A stretch of DNA of 64,000 nt. It comes from the human T2T-CHM13v2.0 reference genome, Homo sapiens. The stretch lies in NCBI RefSeq assembly GCF_009914755.1, contig NC_060944.1. One strand, 5' to 3'. Below the pieces are notes generated by a model, which was not told the origin of the DNA, ran no database searches, and saw only the letters and a list, made by a program, of their open reading frames with translations. This document shows, piece by piece, positions 56,291 through 64,000 of the stretch. Numbering within the stretch: the first letter of the stretch is position 1; every line of letters begins with the position of its first letter. The translations under genes and the position numbers were made by a program.

Positions 56291-56779
56291 TGACACTGAA
56301 GCTCCTTTCAATCTCTTCTCCTCCCACCCACCAGAAGTGCTGGGATTTGCCTGAATCCTGTTAATGGGCTGACTGCAGGTTCTTTTACAGGCAGCCCTTA
56401 AGAAAACAGATACCTTCAAGAAGAGGTTGGAGAGAAAGGAGAAGAAAAAGCTCTCCCAATTTTCCATGCTAGATCTCCAGCCTGGCTGAGATGCTGCCTT
56501 GTATTTTATCAGGCTCCTTTCCCCATTTACTTTCCACTAGACGTTTTCAAGAGGAAATGACAGAGATTACTTTTTCATGAGGCTGCCTTTTGTAACCCAG
56601 CAGATGTTTAATTAAAATTTTTATTATCTCCTCAAGTTAACACAGAAATTCATCTGTTATGGCAGCACAAGTCCCCAACTTTGAAACTTCCCTTTTATGA
56701 GTTGAGAATTCCACTATTAGCCAAAGCCCAGCATCTTTCCCAAGCATCTCTGTGTATAGTGCAGGTGAGGATTTGACAG

Positions 56780-57070
56780 CCCCTCACTTCAGCTTAGATG
56801 TGACCTCCTTTATGACGCTTCTCTTGAAACCCCGCCCACCTATCCCCATGCCTGTTGCCTTTTTCCTTCTCTGCTCCTTGCACCTGTGACACCTTATGCT
56901 ATGATTCGTTTACCCATCTCTGTTTCTAAACTCCTCGAGGACAGCAACTCTATTTTCTTTATACTAGAGTGGATGGGTATTTTGGCCCGGTTTTTAATTC
57001 ATGAATATATTCCCACAGCTTTAAACAGTGCCCAGCACATAGTACATGCTCAATAAATGTTTATTAAATG
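56780..57070 (+). mobile_element. L2 3' end
   Basis: aacagtgcccagcacatagtacatgctcaataaatgtttatt. Confidence 0.75.
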
Positions 57071-57144
57071 CATCTCTGCATCCCACACATGTTGCAGTCC
57101 TTAGCACAGAAGAAGGACTTGGGACCTGCAAGAATGAAGCGAGG

Positions 57145-57270
57145 GGTTAGATACGCCCTTTTACTTGATGTGATGATTACACATTGCATGCCTGTATCAA
57201 AGTATCTCATGTACCCCATAAATATACCTTCTACATACCCATAAGAATTAAAATTTAAGATAAAAAAGGA
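57145..57270 (+). mobile_element. L1MA 3' tail
   Basis: attacacattgcatgcctgtatcaaagtatctcatgtacccc. Confidence 0.85.
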
Positions 57271-58302
57271 TAAAGTAGGAAGGAAAGTTGGTTCCCAGCT
57301 CCCCCAATATCACTGCTGTCCAGGACTCAATCACGGCGGGTTCTTCTGTCTCCTTTTATCCAATCAGACAGCAACTGCCTCTCTTCACATTCATTCATTT
57401 TCCAGATCCCCCGCACACTTATTGGTGCCTGTACAGTGTCAGGTGTAGACAGATGAGCGTGTACGGATTCTGCCTGAAACTCACCTGCTCTTCAGCTCTG
57501 TGCCACGAGGAACGTCTCATCACTCCCATTTTACAGATGTAGGATCCAAGACTCTGAGGGGTAACAGTCAGAGGTCGCCTGATATAAGAGGTGAAGGTTA
57601 GATGAACACCGTTTTGCTTTCTCCTCCGTTGTCATATACATGCATCTTACCTACCGGCTACCGTAGGAAAGGCAGGATAGATATCCTACATTTTGAGAGA
57701 AAGACTTGGCATGAGGCATCCAGTGCGCTCTCAGTCAAGGGGCAGCTAAAACCTCATTGTCTGTGTTGCTCTGCCTTTTGCCCTGAGAGAGGTACCCTGT
57801 CATCTTACCTTTATGGGGGACATGAATCCCTCTGTTTCCTCCTGGTTTTCATTCTGAACCTCTGTGCCCCTAGCAAACACCATTAGCTCTTCCTGACTTC
57901 AGGATGGACTGAGTAACGGATGCCAGACACAGGGACGTTCCCAACACTGCCTAGAACGAAGTCACTTTTAACAGAGTGAATGCGAACACAATGTATGCAT
58001 ATTGCACATACAGAACTACCTGACAGTGCTAAATAATTCAGAGAGGGCGCCAGCAGCTCAGTGCCTTTTAATAGTAAATAATTCAAGGGCTCTTGGCATC
58101 CCTCCCACCGATACAGCAATATATCTTCCTGTGTCAGGAGAGAAGCAGGAGTCTTACATGAATGAATGTGAGGGCCATCACAACCAGAACCTTCTCCCCC
58201 ATGCAAGTTTACAGAGTGCAGTGGGCAACATCATTTGCAATTGTTCTTTGATTTAGGTGTCCAGCCGGTCAGACTTCCAGCGTGCTGGCTTTTGTTACAT
58301 AT

Positions 58303-58614
<312 letters not shown>

Positions 58615-58779
58615 TGAGAGAAGAAAACAGTTTCCTCAGACATCCACTGTGATTAAAGACGAGCAAGTGTGCAGTTATGTACATATAAATTTGTTAGCAA
58701 TTTAGGTCACCCTTGGCCTACTGTTCAAACTGAGTGGCAGGCTTGAGAGCGGAGGGCATCTTGAGTGGCGTAGTAGCCT

Positions 58780-59110
58780 CGCATGTGTTCTGTCTTGTTA
58801 GCTATGCAACTCTGGGCAAGTGATGACACTTTCTTGTTCCTCAGTTTCCTCTTCTGTCAAGTGGGGTCAATAATAGTTCCTATGTCATAGGATTGTCATG
58901 AGGACCCCATGGAAGTCCACCTGTGAAGGGTTTAGCACAGGGTGGGGCAGGTGGAAACTGCTCCCTAAATAGAGACCCATCGCTAACAGTAAATCAAAGT
59001 CCTCATTTTACTAATGAGGCCACTGAGGCTCAGAGAAGGACATAAGCCCAAGGTCACACAGCCATGACTAGCAGCAAGAGGGCAAAGGTCAGGTGCTCAG
59101 TTTCCCATTT
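58780..59110. mobile_element. Two MIRs (+ then -)
   Basis: tcctcagtttcctcttctgtcaagtgggg; actgaggctcagagaagg..caaggtcacacagc. Confidence 0.75.
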
Positions 59111-59859
59111 AAGTGAATTTATGGCAGAAGGGAGTAACAGCATACCCTGGGGACTGGGTGCAGCCAAAAGATCCTTTGTAGCTGAAAAATCCTTTGGGAT
59201 ATTAGGCTTTATCAGACAGAGTTTGAATTTCTCGATGTTTTAGTGTAACATAACGGCAATTACTTTCACTCAACACATGTTTCTTTAGCTCCCACTCAGT
59301 GCCTGGCACTGGAAAGGCAGCAACGAACAAGACAAGGTTTCCACTCTCATGGAGACAACCAACAAGCCAACCAATGAACAGACCGTTTCATGTCATGGTG
59401 AGCGCAAAGGAAACGCTAACACAGGGTAAGGGGCTGGAGAGTGATTGGCAGCTCCTTCTATGGTGGGTGGGGGTGTCAAGGAAAGCACCTGTGAGGAACT
59501 GGGCATGCGGCGAGCTGGGCATGTGGCAAGCTGGCACGCGGGCTGAACCATCAGCCTGTGCAAGGGCCCTGGGGTCAGGCAAGTTTAATGCCTTACTTTT
59601 CCTTCTCAAAGCATGGAGTACTTTTCAGGGTTATATTAGTTTCCCCGAAAACTGCTGCTGCTGTAGCAGATAGTCACAAATAGGGTGGCTTTGCAACAAC
59701 AGGAATTTCTTCTCTTGCAGCCCTGCAGGCCAGGGTCTGAAATTAAGGCATCAGCAGGGCCACAGTCCCCCTGGAAGCTCCGGGGGAGGTTCCGTTCTCT
59801 GCCTCTTCCACCTCTGGTGGCTGCTATCACTCCAACCTCACCACCTCTCTGTCAGTCTC

Positions 59860-59975
59860 CCTCTGCCCGCCCGCCTTCCTCCCTCCCTCCCTCCCTTCCT
59901 TCCTTCCTCCCTTCCTTCGTTCCTTCCTTTCTCCCTTTCTCCCCTTCTCTCTCTTTTTTCTTTTCTTTTCTTTTT
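59860..59975. repeat. Polypyrimidine (CCCT/CCTT/CT)n tract
   Basis: Directly visible. Confidence 0.9.
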
Positions 59976-60691
59976 TGGATACAGGGTCTCACTCTGTCAC
60001 CCAGACTGGAGTGCAATGATGCAATCATAGCTCACTACAGCCTCGAAGCCCTGGGCTCAAGTGATCCTACCACTTCAGCCTCCCGAGGAGCTGGGACTGC
60101 AGGCGTGCCACCACCATGCCCAGTTACTTTTTTATTTTTTGTAGAGATGAGAGTCTTGCCTAGTCTGGTCTTGAACTCCTGGGCTCAAGTGATCCTCCTG
60201 CCTCAGCTACCAAAAATGCTGGGATTACAGGCATGAACCACCATGCCTGGCTAATTTTATTTTATTTTTCTGAGTTGGAGCTTCACTCTTGTTGCCCAGG
60301 CTGGGTGCAATGGTGTGATCTCAGCTCACTGCAACCTCTGCCTCCTGGCATATTCAAGTGATTCTCCTGCCTCAGCCTCCCAAGTAGCTGGGATTACAGG
60401 GACCCACTAAAATACCCAGCTAATTTTTGTATTTTTGGTAGAGACAGGGTTTCACCATGTTGGCCAGGCTGATCTCGAACTCCTGACCTCAGGTGATCCA
60501 CCTGCCTCAGCCTCCCAAAGTGCTGGAATTACAGGTGTGAGCCACCGTGCCCAGCCCCTGGCTAATTTTTTTATTTTTTGTAGAAATGGGAGTCTCACCC
60601 AGGCTGGTCTCGAATTCCTGGCTTCAAGCAGTCCTCCCACCTTGACCTTCCAAAGTGCTGGGATTATAGGGATGAGTTACTGCACCCAGCC
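59950..60691 (-). mobile_element. Alu cluster: AluJ dimer (to 60251), AluS (60259-60556), extra left monomer (60557-60691)
   Basis: TSD cctggctaatttt at 60246-60258 and 60557-60569. Confidence 0.9.
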
Positions 60692-61141
60692 TGCCTGCCT
60701 CACTCTAGTAAGGACACTTGTCAGTGGATACAGGACCCACCCAGATAATGCAGGATAAGCAGCTCCACTCAAAATCCTTAAATTAATCACATATTTTACC
60801 ATATAAGGTAATATCCACTCTTTACAAGGTAATTTTGACAGGTCCCAGGGATTAGGACATAGACATATCTTTTTGGGGCCACCCCACTCTTATGGCTGAG
60901 GAAGATGTGCCAGGTTCTGGACACTAAAAGCAACAATAAAAGGCAAAACTTGGCCTCCGTTTTGAGTTGAACTTGCAAGCACAGTATCCAGTTATGTTAG
61001 ACATTGCCGATGATTTTGGCTGTAAATAAATATGTAGAATGAGACCTAAATATGTCGCTGGGGACCCTGCAGCGCAGGCTGAAATACGGATGCCCAACTC
61101 TGAAGTCCCCCTAGCCTGCACTTTCTCTGGTCCTGTTTTGA

Positions 61142-61700
<559 letters not shown>

Positions 61701-61827
61701 TTAGGGGGTGGGTGATGCATGTTTAATTACTAGACAGTGGTGGTGGAAAAAAATTCTGGCCTCATACTCCATTTGAGGCAGACACAATTGAAATAACTAC
61801 ATATACATTTGCAAGAAGTCTCAGGTT

Positions 61828-62507
<680 letters not shown>

Positions 62508-62829
62508 CTATGTAGGCTTCATAAGGTTGGAGAGGGCTTTGGGGAAGTGACCCAGTGCAGGCGCCCTGGGTTAGGAGTCTGAAACGCTCAGGCTCTCATT
62601 TCCACTCTCAGCTTACTGGACCTGGGGTCTTGGGCAGGCCACTCTGCTCTTTGAGCCTCAGCTTCCCCCTCTGTGAACAGGGTTGTCCAGATTTGCCTTA
62701 CCCAGTTCACAAACATGCCTTGAAGGGTCATTGTCACTGTTTAGCAGTTACAAATCCCAAGAGTGTCTAGACTTTTCTCCTCTCTGAGAGCTGCTGAGTG
62801 AGGGTGAATGGGTGTTTTTCAAAGGCTGT

Positions 62830-63394
62830 CACATTGGTGGTATGCTGGAGGGGCCCCAAGACCACCCTCAGGATTTACGGTTCAGTAGGAAGCCTCACCA
62901 GGCCTCAGCATACGGTCATCCTCCTGGCTGTGACTTATGATGAAAAGATAACAACTGAAATCAGCAAAGGAAGAGGCTCATAGGTGAAGGCGGAAACCAG
63001 GCACAAGCTTCCAAGAGTCTCTCCCACTGCATCACACAGGATACCTAATTCCCCCGTCAATGAGTTGTGACCGCACTTGTGAGATGTTGTCCACCAGGGA
63101 AGCTCACTAGAGATTTGGGGCCTGGGATTTTTATTGGAGGCAGATCATGTGGCAACCTCAGCCTGGCAGGTACCAAAATTCCAGACTCCCAGAAGGAGCT
63201 CAGGTGTTCATCACAAACACTATTCTTTGTATAGGTATTTTAGGCACAGAAGCCACTCTTACCAGTTAACGGTGGGTAGGACCCTCATGAAATCTGAGTT
63301 CCCAGACTCTAGCCAAGGGTCAACCTCATAGGGACTTTTTCTTGCCTTCCAAAGGATGGTGGCCGGGTTTGCTGTGTTAACTCTGTTTGGCACA
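62830..63394 (-). mobile_element. MER21 LTR
   Basis: ccccaagaccaccctcagg..aaatcagcaaagg..ccaggcacaagcttccaagagtc. Confidence 0.8.
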
Positions 63395-63638
63395 GGTGGT
63401 GCATGTAATGGTCGTCTCTCATTCTTTTTCTGACATTTGGGTATTCAACCTCCCTTCCCATGCCTGGGGAATCTCCCATATTTTGAGACAAAAACCTACC
63501 TCTCATGATAGAAGCTGAAAATGTCACTCGTTTTCCCAGCCAGCTTTGCAGCTAGAGGACAGTCACATGATCCCAGTCCTGCCAATCAGATGAAGCACTC
63601 AGATTTTGAGTTAGAAGCTAGTAACATAAAGAAGGTGG

Positions 63639-63860
<222 letters not shown>

Positions 63861-64000
63861 GAAGTTGGGAGCACACTTGTAGTGAGGGGTTGCAGCAGCT
63901 ACATTCTATTTCTAGGGGTGGTGGCAATGGCAGCAGTTCTGCTGTCAGAGGCTGGTGAGCAGTCCTGATGGTGGTGGTGACACCTGTGCCCAGCACGAGC

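Larger units (their letters stand above)
59632..60890 (-). mobile_element. MLT1B/C-like LTR interrupted by a (CCTT)n tract and an Alu cluster
   Basis: tatattagtttcc..tcagcagggccac; resumes aaggacacttgtcagtggat..ccagggattaggacat. Confidence 0.8.

Overview
Primate (almost certainly human) non-coding genomic DNA, intronic or intergenic. I cannot support any protein-coding exon, RNA gene or CpG-island promoter, and I could not identify the locus. Much of the window is interspersed repeats: about 30 Alus (J, S and Y types, many with target-site duplications, TSDs), many MIR and L2 fragments, old L1M pieces (mostly on the - strand), MaLR LTRs (MLT1, THE1), a full-length MER41B LTR, MER21, hAT MITEs (MER5, MER20) and a very short young L1PA2-type insertion. 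The supplied ORFs are mostly Alu/MIR/LTR read-throughs. I found no evidence for a novel multi-gene system. The best leads are a repeat-free cluster of three RFX X-boxes with SOX motifs (42.5-42.9 kb), a MER41B keeping one intact STAT GAS site, two opposed L1 tails inside one TSD, and several fold-back or templated-insertion scars. Repeat family calls and boundaries are by eye from remembered consensus sequences, so subfamily labels and old-repeat ends are approximate.
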